NCBI GenBank assembly: GCA_963664325.2
Contig: CAXXDQ010000004.1
Coordinates: 736,001 to 800,000 of the forward strand
Direction of reading: 5' to 3'
Origin: Desulfomonilia bacterium
GTDB taxonomy: Bacteria > Desulfobacterota > Desulfomonilia > UBA1062
DNA: 64,000 nucleotides
Shown here: positions 28,356-38,929 of the stretch, in pieces
Layout: each line of letters begins with the position of its first letter
Position numbering within the stretch: the first letter of the stretch is position 1
Notes under the pieces: model-generated
Databases searched by the model: none
Told to the model about the DNA's origin: nothing
The model's input: the letters and a program-made list of their open reading frames with translations, nothing else
Position numbers and translations under genes: made by a program

Positions 28356-28371
28356 AATGCAGGAGGTAACA

Positions 28372-31300
28372 ATGAAGAGAAATGCAATTTTGCTGGCCAT
28401 GTTTTCCATCATGGCCCTATGGTTGAGCGGCTGTATAACTTCCCACAGTCCATCAGCCACGGCAGTCACCATTAAAGTGGGCGATTCGCAGACATTTGAA
28501 GTCTCAGGCCTGGCGAACGGCCCCTATACATGGTCAAAGGGTGGCGTACCCGTAAGCGGTAACACAACCGCATCCTACACCTACACTGCGGTCCTTGAAG
28601 ATATAGGAACATTTTCGGTAAAGGTATCGACAAAGGATGCGTTAAGTGTCACTTCGGAGTTCGTGTGGACAGTAACCGTTGTCAACGACCTGCCGCCTGT
28701 CGCCAATGCAGGTCCTGACCAGCCGACTATCCATTTTGGAGACCCGGTATTCCTGGATGGCAGTGCAAGCTACGATCTAGAAAGCGAGCCGCTGAACTAC
28801 GTATGGGAGATAGTCGGACGTCCGGCAGGAAGCAGCTGCTCACTTGATAACCCAAATGCCGATAAGCCATCTTTCACCCCCGACGTTAATGGCGTTTACA
28901 CGGTCGTGCTCATCGTCAACGACGGCAGGCTGAACAGTGAACCCGACACGGTCATCATCTCCACGACTTACGAAGCGCCGACAGCCAATGCAGGCCCTGA
29001 TCAGAGCGCGGTGTTCCCCGGCACGGTGTCACTTGACGGCAGCGGAAGCACCAATCCGGAAAGCTCCCCGCTGACCTATAAGTGGGCAATCGATTCCGGC
29101 CCGGCAGGCACCACTGCAGCGATCGACGACCCAACCGCGGAGAAGCCGACATTCACGCCTGACAAGAAAGGCGTTTATGTGGTGAGCCTGGTTGTGAACA
29201 ACGGCGTGTTCGACAGCGGCATAGACTATGTTACCATCATCGTTTACAATAACCCGCCAGTCGCCAACGCCGGTGTCGACATAACCGTTTCCGAGCTCGG
29301 CGGCACGGCGCACCTCGACGGCAGCGCCAGCTCAGACCCTGACGGACAGTCGCTTACCTATGAGTGGACAATCCTCTCAAGGCCGTATGGAAGCACAGCC
29401 GTCCTGAGCGATTCATCCATTGTAAACCCGACCCTGACGCCCGACAAGAAGGGCGCATATCTCATCCAGCTGGTTGTGAGCGACGGCGACCTGACCAGCA
29501 ACCTGGACCAGGTCATTGTCACCTGCTCCAACCACGTGCCTGTGGCCAATGCCGGCGACCCGATCATCGTTGAGTTCCTTGATACGGCACAGCTCAATGG
29601 CAGTGCCACTGACCCGGACGGCGACCCGATGACCTATGAGTGGACCGTGGTCTCCAAGCCGGAAGGCAGCGCCGCAGTCCTTTCCAGTACAACAATCCTC
29701 AACCCGACATTCACGCCGGATGTGCAGGGCTCTTACCAGTTCGCCCTGGTCGCGACCGACAACACCGGCCTTTCCAGCTCACCGTCAACGGTGGTGGTCT
29801 CCACCGGGAACCACCAGCCAGTTGCCAATGCAGGCGATGACATAATCATGTCGGCCAACACATCGGTGGCGCTGAACGGCAGCGGAACAGACGTTGACAG
29901 CGACCCGCTGACCTTCACCTGGAGGGTCATCTCAGCCCCGATGGGCAGCGGCGGCGACAGTACTATCTCCAACATCAACATCCCGAACCCGGACTTCACG
30001 CCTGACATGAAGGGTGATTATGTACTCGGCCTCATTGTGAACGACGGGTATGTAAACAGCGTTGAGGATACGATGAAGATCCATGTGCTCAACAACCAGC
30101 CGGTAGCCAATGCCGGGCCTAACCAGAGCGGACATGCTATTTATGGTAACAACCTGGTCTTCAACCTCAACGGGAGCGGCAGTTCAGACCCGGACGGAGA
30201 CTCTCTCACATACAAATGGAGGGTCCTGTCAAAACCGGCAGGCAGCACGGCGATACTCTCGAGCACCACGGCCGTGGATCCGACCCTGACTGTCATCGAC
30301 TTCCCCGGAAACTATGTGGTCGGCCTGACCGTTAACGACGGCGCCATAGACAGCCCAGAAAGCACGGTCACCCTGACATTCGCCAACAACACGCCTGTCG
30401 CCGCAGCCGGGTCGAACCAGAGCCTCCATACAGCCTTTGGCACACCCCTTGTCTTCAACCTTGACGGGGGCGGCAGCACGGACGCTGACTTCGACTCTCT
30501 CACCTACACATGGAGGGTCATATCAAGACCATCAGGCAGTACGGCAGCGCTCTCCAGCACTAACATCGTGAACCCGACCATCACGGCCGACAAGCTCGGC
30601 TCCTATGTGATAGGTCTGAAAGTAAACGACAGTTATGTGGACAGTGCGGAAAGCACTGTAACCCTGACCTATACGAACGCCGCACCGACGGCCGTTGCAG
30701 GCACCTATGCTAACGTGCTCTACGCCAACCGCGGCAATGTCGCACTCAACGGCGGCGGCAGTTCGGACGCTGACGGTGATCCGATACTGACCTGGACCTG
30801 GACCATGACAGCCAAGCCATCCGGCAGCGCGGCAGTGCTCAACAACGCAAGCACGCAAACACCGTGGTTCGCCATGGACCTGCCCGGCACATACACCATC
30901 ACCCTGACAGTGAACGACGGCTGGGTAAACAGCACGGTCAGCACGACAAATATCCTGAACTCCTCAGCCACCATCAATGAAGGCTTCGAGTACGGCGGCG
31001 GCCTGGGCGCATGGTTCAAGAACACCGGTTCGACCACCACCGGTGTAACAGCCACGGCAGTAACATCTTCTACCGTTGCACCTCATGGCGGCACATACAG
31101 CATGTCGATTGCCGGAACTTCCGGCTCCAGCTCCTCGCGATATTACGAACAGGATCTGGCCATCAACGCCTACCTGGTATCCGCGACCATATACACCAGG
31201 AGCAGCAGCACCAGCAGCATCGCAGGCGCGCTGTACCTTGACGGTACCATACAGGGCAGCAACTTCACGCTTTCGACCAGCGCCTGGCAGACAAACGCCC

Positions 31301-31410
31301 GGACCGGCATAAACAAGTATGTCACCAACCTGGGCATCCGTGCGACATATACTACATCCAGTTCAAGGTCGCTCTACACGGACGATATAACATACGTGAT
31401 ATGGAACTGA
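28372..31410 (+). CDS. Cassette 3 gene A: lipoprotein with 8 PKD-like repeats and a variable tip
   Basis: WLSGC lipobox; stalk closest to A1; ends TDDITYVIWN. Confidence 0.88.
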   Translation: MKRNAILLAMFSIMALWLSGCITSHSPSATAVTIKVGDSQTFEVSGLANGPYTWSKGGVPVSGNTTASYTYTAVLEDIGTFSVKVSTKDALSVTSEFVWTVTVVNDLPPVANAGPDQPTIHFGDPVFLDGSASYDLESEPLNYVWEIVGRPAGSSCSLDNPNADKPSFTPDVNGVYTVVLIVNDGRLNSEPDTVIISTTYEAPTANAGPDQSAVFPGTVSLDGSGSTNPESSPLTYKWAIDSGPAGTTAAIDDPTAEKPTFTPDKKGVYVVSLVVNNGVFDSGIDYVTIIVYNNPPVANAGVDITVSELGGTAHLDGSASSDPDGQSLTYEWTILSRPYGSTAVLSDSSIVNPTLTPDKKGAYLIQLVVSDGDLTSNLDQVIVTCSNHVPVANAGDPIIVEFLDTAQLNGSATDPDGDPMTYEWTVVSKPEGSAAVLSSTTILNPTFTPDVQGSYQFALVATDNTGLSSSPSTVVVSTGNHQPVANAGDDIIMSANTSVALNGSGTDVDSDPLTFTWRVISAPMGSGGDSTISNINIPNPDFTPDMKGDYVLGLIVNDGYVNSVEDTMKIHVLNNQPVANAGPNQSGHAIYGNNLVFNLNGSGSSDPDGDSLTYKWRVLSKPAGSTAILSSTTAVDPTLTVIDFPGNYVVGLTVNDGAIDSPESTVTLTFANNTPVAAAGSNQSLHTAFGTPLVFNLDGGGSTDADFDSLTYTWRVISRPSGSTAALSSTNIVNPTITADKLGSYVIGLKVNDSYVDSAESTVTLTYTNAAPTAVAGTYANVLYANRGNVALNGGGSSDADGDPILTWTWTMTAKPSGSAAVLNNASTQTPWFAMDLPGTYTITLTVNDGWVNSTVSTTNILNSSATINEGFEYGGGLGAWFKNTGSTTTGVTATAVTSSTVAPHGGTYSMSIAGTSGSSSSRYYEQDLAINAYLVSATIYTRSSSTSSIAGALYLDGTIQGSNFTLSTSAWQTNARTGINKYVTNLGIRATYTTSSSRSLYTDDITYVIWN

Positions 31411-31528
31411 TGACATCACGGCAGCAATTGGAGGGGAAGGCGTGGAGCCTTCCCCATATAAACACCCCCACTGCGGGACCGGCGCAAATGGCCCCCAGGC
31501 AGGGCATTAAAATAAACGGAGGTAATGC

Positions 31529-33658
31529 ATGAAGCGAACCATTAATCTATTACTGATAATGATGATACCCCTCATGGTATTGTCGGGGTGTATTCTCACA
31601 ACCACCCCGCCGGAGGGTACCATTTCCCTGGTCTGGGGCCAGACCCAGGCGTTCAAGGTCTCGGGCATGGGGTCATATCAATGGTATGTTGACAGCAACC
31701 CCATAACGGGAGCGACAACGGCCAGCTATTCATTCAACAGCTACCTGTTCAGCCTAGGGAACCATGAGGTAAAGGTTATAAACACCTTTGCACTGGGAGG
31801 CGGCCAGGCAGCCTGGACTGTCAGGGTGAGCGCGGCACCGGTCCTCGTCCCGTTGGCAGCGGGCTGCAATGACATAATGAATGCAGGCCTTGTATGCGCT
31901 ACCACGCTCAACTGCAGCGATACTGTCCCTGAAGGCCAGGTCATCAGCCAGACGCCTGATGCCGGCGCCAGCGTACCGCTTGGAAGCACAGTGCACCTGG
32001 TGATTTCATCAGGCGCGTGCACGAGCGAGATACCTGTACCTGCAGCAACAAGCTGCGCTGACCTTACCGCGGCCGGCCTTGTATGCAGCGTATCCCAAAG
32101 CTGCAGCGACACGGTTCTGGCCGGTATGGTGATAAGCCAGGATCCGCCCGAGGGCACAATGGTGGCACCCGGCACAACGGTGTCACTGGTAATTTCCACA
32201 GGCCCGTGCGGGGCAGAGATTGAAGTGCCCAATGCCACTAGCTGCGAAGATGTCGTAGCGGCGGGATTCGTCTGCAGCCGTGTAAGGGAATGCAACGATA
32301 CCGTGCCGCTTGACGCGGTCATCAGCCAGTCCCCGGCGCCCTATACCATGGCAATGCCCGGCTCCACAGTGACGCTGACGCTCTCTACAGGGCCATGCCC
32401 ATTGCTGGTGCCTGATGCGCATACCTGTGCCGACCTGACGGCAGTTGGCCTTGCGTGCAACCTTGTTGAGACCTGCAGCAACGCCAATCCAATACCCGGC
32501 ACACGCCTGAGCATCAGCCCGCCCGTTGGTACGCCTACGGAACTTGGCGCTGTCGTGACGCTCGAACTGTCGAACGGTCCCTGCACAGTGGAAGTGCCTT
32601 CGGCTGGGGACTGCGACGACATAACCGGCACCGGCTGGCTCCTGTGCAGCACGAGCATGCAGTGCAGCGATACCATTCCCGAAGGTAATGTGATAAGCCA
32701 GGATCCGCTGCCGGGCACCATTGTCCCGCCGGGATCAACTGTTCAGCTTGTCATTTCCAGCGGACCATGCACGATACAGCTTTCGACACCGCAGAATGTG
32801 CAGGCCTCTGATGTCATACTGACATCTGGTACCAACCCGCTTCTCAACCACAACTTCAACGACAAGGTCAGGGTCACATGGGATGCCGTACCGTATGCCG
32901 AGACCTACAAGGTATACCGCGCGGATTCGCCCACAGGCACCTATTACCTTGCAGGGACAGTCATTGCCCCGGATACGACATTCGACGATATGCAGACCGA
33001 GGTGCTGAGCCTGCCCGCCTGGCCCGACCCGCTGACATCGGGAGCGCTGGACGCCTACGAGGCAGCAGCGAGACCGATCGTAAACGACTTCAAGGGCTTC
33101 AAATATTACAAGGTAAGGGCATGCAGCGCCGATCCGCTGCACCCCAACAGTGAACTGAGCGCCTTTGACGAAGGCCGCATTGACTATACGCTGGAGGAAT
33201 TCTACGAGATCGCAACAGGCGTGATCGAGGGAATACCGATGGCAAGGATGATACTTTCGGCCGAGCCGCTGGCAGTCGGTACCAATATGTACTACTACGA
33301 CGATTGCAGCCTTACCGGTCAGATGCATGTCCTAGTTACCGAAGATGATCCAGTATTGATGGATATAACCGTTTCCAACTTCGTCGAATCACTGGTCTAT
33401 GGCGGTGGCGGTGGAGGCGGAATGAACTGCACCGAAAGCCTTGGCAGGCGCATGATAACGAACAGTGCGACCTCGGGTCATCTCGATGCGGACCTGAACG
33501 GTACCCTGACAGGTTCGATGGACTTCACGGGCAATTACGCCGGCAAGTTCACCAGCATGAGTGTCCCTGTCGCCCTCGGAGTGCTGCAGACCGGAACATG
33601 CACGGTCATATACAACGGCCAGACTGCAACCGGGCACGCCTGCAGTTTCTTCGATTAA
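31529..33658 (+). CDS. Cassette 3 gene B: Cys-PASTA x5 / FN3 lipoprotein
   Basis: Closest to B1 (both 709 aa, both end CSFFD). Confidence 0.87.
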   Translation: MKRTINLLLIMMIPLMVLSGCILTTTPPEGTISLVWGQTQAFKVSGMGSYQWYVDSNPITGATTASYSFNSYLFSLGNHEVKVINTFALGGGQAAWTVRVSAAPVLVPLAAGCNDIMNAGLVCATTLNCSDTVPEGQVISQTPDAGASVPLGSTVHLVISSGACTSEIPVPAATSCADLTAAGLVCSVSQSCSDTVLAGMVISQDPPEGTMVAPGTTVSLVISTGPCGAEIEVPNATSCEDVVAAGFVCSRVRECNDTVPLDAVISQSPAPYTMAMPGSTVTLTLSTGPCPLLVPDAHTCADLTAVGLACNLVETCSNANPIPGTRLSISPPVGTPTELGAVVTLELSNGPCTVEVPSAGDCDDITGTGWLLCSTSMQCSDTIPEGNVISQDPLPGTIVPPGSTVQLVISSGPCTIQLSTPQNVQASDVILTSGTNPLLNHNFNDKVRVTWDAVPYAETYKVYRADSPTGTYYLAGTVIAPDTTFDDMQTEVLSLPAWPDPLTSGALDAYEAAARPIVNDFKGFKYYKVRACSADPLHPNSELSAFDEGRIDYTLEEFYEIATGVIEGIPMARMILSAEPLAVGTNMYYYDDCSLTGQMHVLVTEDDPVLMDITVSNFVESLVYGGGGGGGMNCTESLGRRMITNSATSGHLDADLNGTLTGSMDFTGNYAGKFTSMSVPVALGVLQTGTCTVIYNGQTATGHACSFFD

Positions 33659-33667
33659 GAGGAGGTT

Positions 33668-36179
33668 ATGATGAGAAAACACATTCTATTGCTTTTTATC
33701 GTTCTGCTGGCGGCTATGCTGAGCGGGTGTATTGTCTACAAGACACCTTCGGCCAACAATGTCGTCATGTCATACGGCCAGACCAAGACCTTCAGCGTCA
33801 AGGTCGCTGCAACCAATGACAAGCTCTACTGGTACATAGACAATGTCCCCCAGGCTGTCCCGGTTACCACGACATCGATCTCCTACACGGCAACCGGCGG
33901 ACATCATACAATTATATGCCGTGCGGTGTATGTATTCGACCGTGTCCTCGAGGACACGGCAGTCTGGTATGTAGACTCTAACAGTCCGCCAACGGCGAGT
34001 GCGGGGGATGACCAGCTCGTCGGTGAAGGCATAACAGTGACGCTGGACGGTTCCAACTCCAGCGACCCGGACAGCGATATAGTGTCCTATGCCTGGGTGC
34101 AGACAGACGGGCCTGCGGTCACACTCACCGGTGCCGATACCGACAAGCCGACATTTACGTCACCCACCGTAGGCATGGGCGGGGCCTCGCTCGGCTTCCA
34201 GCTGACCGTGACTGACGCCACGGCACTGACTTCCACTGCAACCACAATAGTCAACGTCTCCTGGTCCAACGCCCCGCCGTCAGCCAATGCAGGGCCTGAC
34301 CAGCTGGTTGGCCAGGAAGAGCTGGTAACGCTGGACGCATCGGCATCCACAGACTCAGATGACGGCATCGCCTCATACTCATGGCAGCAGATAGCAGGGC
34401 CTCTGCCCTTCGTTACGCTGTCAGACCCGGCCGCTATCAACCCGACATTCACATCCCCGATAGTGGGCCAGGGCGGAGAGGCGCTTGTATTCAAACTTAC
34501 AGTTACCGATGTCGGCGGACTCAAAGCGACAGACACCGTCATCGTCAACGTCTCCTGGTCCAACACCCCGCCAGTAGCCATTGCGGGACCTGACCAGACC
34601 AAGGCCGAGGGCAGCGTGGTTACACTCGACGCATCGTCCTCATACGATACCGACGACGGCATCGCATCCTACTCCTGGGTGCAGACTGGCGGAGCATCGG
34701 TGACACTCAGCAACCCGCATGCCATCAAGCCGACATTCACGACACCCGATGTAGGCATGGCCGGAGATGTCCTGACATTCGAACTCACGGTCACCGACCG
34801 CGGCGGGCTGCAAGCGACAGACTCTGTAGTAATCGACATCACATGGGTGAACGCGCCGCCCGTGGCCGAAGCGGGTCCGAACCAGACCGTGGAGAAAGGC
34901 CTGGTGGCAACGCTCAACGGCACGGGCTCGACCGATCCTGACGACGGGATTGCATCCTATCTCTGGCAGCAGACAGGCGGGCCGGCCGTAACACTTGTGG
35001 ATGCCAATACGTCAATCGCAACATTCACGGCGAACGTCGCGGTCAATTCGGTGCTCACCTTCAGGCTGACCGTGACCGATGTAAACGGGCTCTTCACTTC
35101 AGACACATGCACGGTCACCGTTGTTGCGGTGCCCATATTTGTAAATATCTCCGGCGGATTTAATTTCTCCGCCGCCATCAAGAGCGACGGTACGCTCTGG
35201 ACCTGGGGCCTCAACGCCTATGGCCAGCTCGGCCAGGGCGACCTGGTAAACAGGCTGGTCCCGACACAGGTGGGAACCGACACCAACTGGGCATCAGTGG
35301 CTGCCGGCAGCTACCATACCGTTGCAATCAAGACCGACGGGACTCTCTGGGCCTGGGGCTACAACGCCGACGGCCAGCTTGGCGACGGGACCACTGCTAC
35401 CAAGATCGTCCCGACCAAGATAGGAACAGGCACCAGCTGGATCGTGGTGGACGCAGGGGCAATGTACACCGTGGCCATGAAGAACGACGCCTCGCTCTGG
35501 TGCTGGGGTGACAACAGCAAAGGCCAGCTCGGCGACGGCACAACGACGGGCAGGCTTGCGCCGACACGCATAGGAGCCAGCAACACCTGGGTCATGATAG
35601 ACTCCGGCCTGCAGCATACCGCGGCCGTTGACTCCAGCGGCAGGCTCTGGTGCTGGGGCCTCAACGCGTTCGGCCAGCTCGGCGACGGTACCATGGTAAA
35701 TAAGCTTGTTTCCCACCCAGATCGGCACAGGCACCACCTGGGTCTATGCAAGCGCCGGCGACAACCACACCGTTGCCAGGAAGGCGGACGGGACTCTGTG
35801 GGCCTGCGGTTCCAACAGCAACGGCCAGCTCGGACTCGGTGACCTGGCGGACAGGCTGACCCTGACGCAGGTAGGCTCGGATACCGACTGGGGCCGGGCA
35901 GATGCCGGAACCACGCACACCGCAGCAGTGAAGGCCAGCGGTACGCTCTGGTGCTGGGGCTATAACAGCAACGGCCAGCTCGGCGACGGCACCACTACCG
36001 ACAGCCTGGTGCCGATACAGATCGGAACCGACACAGACTGGGCCTCCGCAGACTCCGGCTATTACCATTCCCTTGGCATCAAGGCAGGCACAGCGCTATG
36101 GGCATGGGGTAAGAACAACGACGGCCAGCTCGGCGACGGGACCACTGTGGACGAGTGGACTCCGGTGTCGATCTGGTGA
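33668..36179 (+). CDS. Cassette 3 gene C: PKD x4 + RCC1-like propeller lipoprotein, single +1 frameshift at ~35710
   Basis: ORFs 33668-35842 and 35706-36179 join at GTTTCCC (paralog C1 has GTTCCC); ends VSIW*. Confidence 0.8.
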
Positions 36180-36198
36180 CGGTACAGGAAGACAGTCC

Positions 36199-36288
36199 AT
36201 GAAGCGCTTAATCTTAAATAGAGCATCATCAGGGATCCCGCGGAACCGGGAGGGAACGACTGCAACTGCAGTGTTGCACGTCAAATAA
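36199..36288 (+). CDS. Putative leader uORF before A4 (29 aa, ends AVLHVK)
   Basis: AGGAA..ATG; MKRLILNRASSGIPRNREGTTATAVLHVK*; homologous in position and ends to 16679-16762. Confidence 0.3.
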   Translation: MKRLILNRASSGIPRNREGTTATAVLHVK

Positions 36289-36304
36289 AATGCAGGAGGT
36301 TAAA

Positions 36305-38812
36305 ATGAAGAGAAATGCAATCTTGCTAGCCATGCTATCGATCATGGCAATATGGTTGAGTGGCTGCATAACGGGCCACAGCCCTAGCGGTGATGTGAAA
36401 ATCACTACAGGGGATTCTCAGAAATTCTCGGTAACGGGATCGAATAACGGACCTTACACATGGTACTGGGACAACGTCCTCATTACGGGGACCGCTGGCA
36501 CCTCCTACACCTACCTTGCCAAATCGGCGGATGTAGGTGAGCACGTCCTGAGGGTCGAGACAACGGACACGACCACCGGCGCTCTGCTCACCCTTGAATG
36601 GAATGTGACTGTCGTCGAGGACATCAAGCCGGTGGCAGTCATCTCGGGCTCCAATCCGCTGGACTTGACCTTTGACGGCGTCACCCCGGTCACGCTCGAC
36701 GGCAGCAGCAGCTTCGACCCGGAAAGCAAGCCTCTCAGCTACATCTGGGAGATTGTGGCGCAACCAGCGGGCAGCACTGCAAAAATTGACAATCCGGGCG
36801 CCATGATCACGAGCTTCATCCCTGACAAGATCGGCGCCTACACCATCCGCCTGATGGTGAACGACGGCAGGCTGAACAGCACAGGCGCCGGGCTGGTAGT
36901 CAACGTCTACACAAACAACGTGCCGCCTACCGCCAATGCCGGACCTGACCAGAACGTTCTGTTCGGCAACACCGCCCTGCTCGACGGGACAGGCAGCTTC
37001 GATCCTGAAGCCCAGCCGCTCACCTACAAGTGGGCCATAGACTCAGGCCCGTCAGGCACAGCGGCCACATTAGACGATCCAACAAAGGCCCAGCCGGTCT
37101 TCACGCCGGATATGAAGGGCATGTACGTAATCAGCCTGGTGGTGAACGACGGCGAGCTCGACAGCAACATGGACTTCGTCGTCATAACGGTCTTCAGCGA
37201 CGCGCCTGTGGCCGATGCGGGCGCCGCCATATTAGTCCCTGATCTCGGAGGCACAGCGCACCTGGACGGCAGTGCAAGCTATGACCCGGACGGAAGGCCT
37301 CTCACCTACGAGTGGTCGCTCATATCAAAGCCAAAGAGCAGCACTGCTGAACTCAGCAGCACGACAATCGTCAACCCGACGCTGACCTGCGACAAAAAGG
37401 GCGCGTATGTGGCAAAGCTCACAGTGAACAACGGCGATCTCAGCGCCTCGGACCAGGTGCTCATCACATGCAGCGACCAGGTGCCGGTTGCTAACGCAGG
37501 TCCTGACATAGAGATACCCTTCTTCAGCACCGCCAATCTCGACGGAAGCGCGAGCTATGACCCGGACAATGACCCGATCACCTACGCATGGTCGATCGTC
37601 TCTGCACCATCGGGCAGCACTGCAGCACTTTCAAGCACCACCATCGTCAACCCGACCTTCACTCCGGACGTAAGGGGTGTTTATGAGATCAGCCTTATAG
37701 TTACGGACAACGACGTTCCACCGATCTCCAGCGCACCCGACACGGTGCTGGTGACTGTCAAAAACCATCCGCCTGTAGCCGATGCCGGCGCTGACATCAA
37801 CGTCAGCCTAAACGGCACAGCCAGCCTCTTTGGCAGCGGCTCCGACTTCGACGGGGACGCCATAGTGGGCTATGCATGGACCATCATCAGCGCGCCTTAC
37901 GGCAGCACGGCAGCTATTTCCGACCCGGCCATAGCCGACCCGACATTCACGCCCGACATTAGGGGCGACTATACTCTGGGCCTCTCGGTTTACGACGGTA
38001 TGGACTGGAGCGCAGTGAACACCATGCAGGTTCACGTGTTCACGAACAGGCCTATCGCAGTCGCCGGCCCTGACCAGGCTGTGCATTATGCCAACCGCAA
38101 CAATATCAATCTTGATGGCACCGCAAGCTATGACCCGGACGGAAACCCGATCATGGGCTACCGCTGGGAGGTTGTATCCAAACCGGCGGGAAGCAACCCT
38201 GTGCTTTCGAATGACCTGATCGCCAAGCCGACACTGTCGATCGATAAATTCGGCACGTACCAGGTCAACCTGATCGTAACCAATGGAAACATCGAAAGCC
38301 CTCCAAGCACCATCACAATCACCACGCCGTATACCAGCGTCATAACAGAAAATTGGGAAAGCGGCGTTGGAACTTGGACATCAGTTAATACCGGCAGCGT
38401 GACTTCCGTTGGAATATCAACTTATTCGTATCACTCCGCCACTCATTGCTGGTCGGCATCATCAGGCGCTGCGGGTGGATGTTCCGGTCAGACAAATACC
38501 CACCGGGTCCATAAGGCTCTGCCTGCAGGCACACATGTTGTTAAGCTGAGCGTATGGAATGCTTATAGAATTACCACAACTTCTCTTGGGTTAACGGGCG
38601 GAGTATCTAATCAGATGTTTTATACTAATACAACTGCTTTAGGCAGTATACCTCAGTCCGGCTCTCAGATGACGTGGGTTTATAACGAACTTACGCTCAA
38701 CCAGGAATTAACCGACATCGGACTGTATGTCGAGCTTTTTGGTATGAATTTCCTGGGGACTGCATCTGGTTTAATATACTGGGATGATCTTCAAATTACT
38801 GTATGGAGTTAA
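36305..38812 (+). CDS. Cassette 4 gene A: lipoprotein with 6 PKD-like repeats and a variable tip
   Basis: WLSGC lipobox; stalk closest to A2; ends WDDLQITVWS. Confidence 0.88.
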   Translation: MKRNAILLAMLSIMAIWLSGCITGHSPSGDVKITTGDSQKFSVTGSNNGPYTWYWDNVLITGTAGTSYTYLAKSADVGEHVLRVETTDTTTGALLTLEWNVTVVEDIKPVAVISGSNPLDLTFDGVTPVTLDGSSSFDPESKPLSYIWEIVAQPAGSTAKIDNPGAMITSFIPDKIGAYTIRLMVNDGRLNSTGAGLVVNVYTNNVPPTANAGPDQNVLFGNTALLDGTGSFDPEAQPLTYKWAIDSGPSGTAATLDDPTKAQPVFTPDMKGMYVISLVVNDGELDSNMDFVVITVFSDAPVADAGAAILVPDLGGTAHLDGSASYDPDGRPLTYEWSLISKPKSSTAELSSTTIVNPTLTCDKKGAYVAKLTVNNGDLSASDQVLITCSDQVPVANAGPDIEIPFFSTANLDGSASYDPDNDPITYAWSIVSAPSGSTAALSSTTIVNPTFTPDVRGVYEISLIVTDNDVPPISSAPDTVLVTVKNHPPVADAGADINVSLNGTASLFGSGSDFDGDAIVGYAWTIISAPYGSTAAISDPAIADPTFTPDIRGDYTLGLSVYDGMDWSAVNTMQVHVFTNRPIAVAGPDQAVHYANRNNINLDGTASYDPDGNPIMGYRWEVVSKPAGSNPVLSNDLIAKPTLSIDKFGTYQVNLIVTNGNIESPPSTITITTPYTSVITENWESGVGTWTSVNTGSVTSVGISTYSYHSATHCWSASSGAAGGCSGQTNTHRVHKALPAGTHVVKLSVWNAYRITTTSLGLTGGVSNQMFYTNTTALGSIPQSGSQMTWVYNELTLNQELTDIGLYVELFGMNFLGTASGLIYWDDLQITVWS

Positions 38813-38929
38813 TAACGGCTGGCAGTGCAGAGGGAAGGTTCGATCCCTTCCCTTTGCACTTGACCCTAAAGGGGCCGGCCGAAAAGGCCTCCTTGGAAGG
38901 GCGATTATAATAATAAACGGAGGTAATGC

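Larger units (their letters stand above)
28058..28371 (+). repeat. Two tandem ~133-bp hairpin-RBS-ATG leader units before A3
   Basis: ATGs at 28105, 28239 and 28372, each preceded by a stem-loop and GAGGT; the units share ATGTTCTTG.GGA.A.TGAACAG.GA.GG.CCA and AACCAGTC. Confidence 0.75.

Noticed and set aside
28058-28371. CRISPR array or known riboswitch (for example c-di-GMP-I) in the leader repeats
   Set aside because: The units are long, degenerate and present in only 1-2 copies, with no repeat-spacer pattern and no cas genes. I could not match a known riboswitch consensus by eye; an Rfam search would be needed.
35706-35715. Programmed -1 frameshift in C3 at TTTCCCA
   Set aside because: Paralog C1 has GTTCCC in frame; a single extra T in a short homopolymer is better explained by error or mutation.
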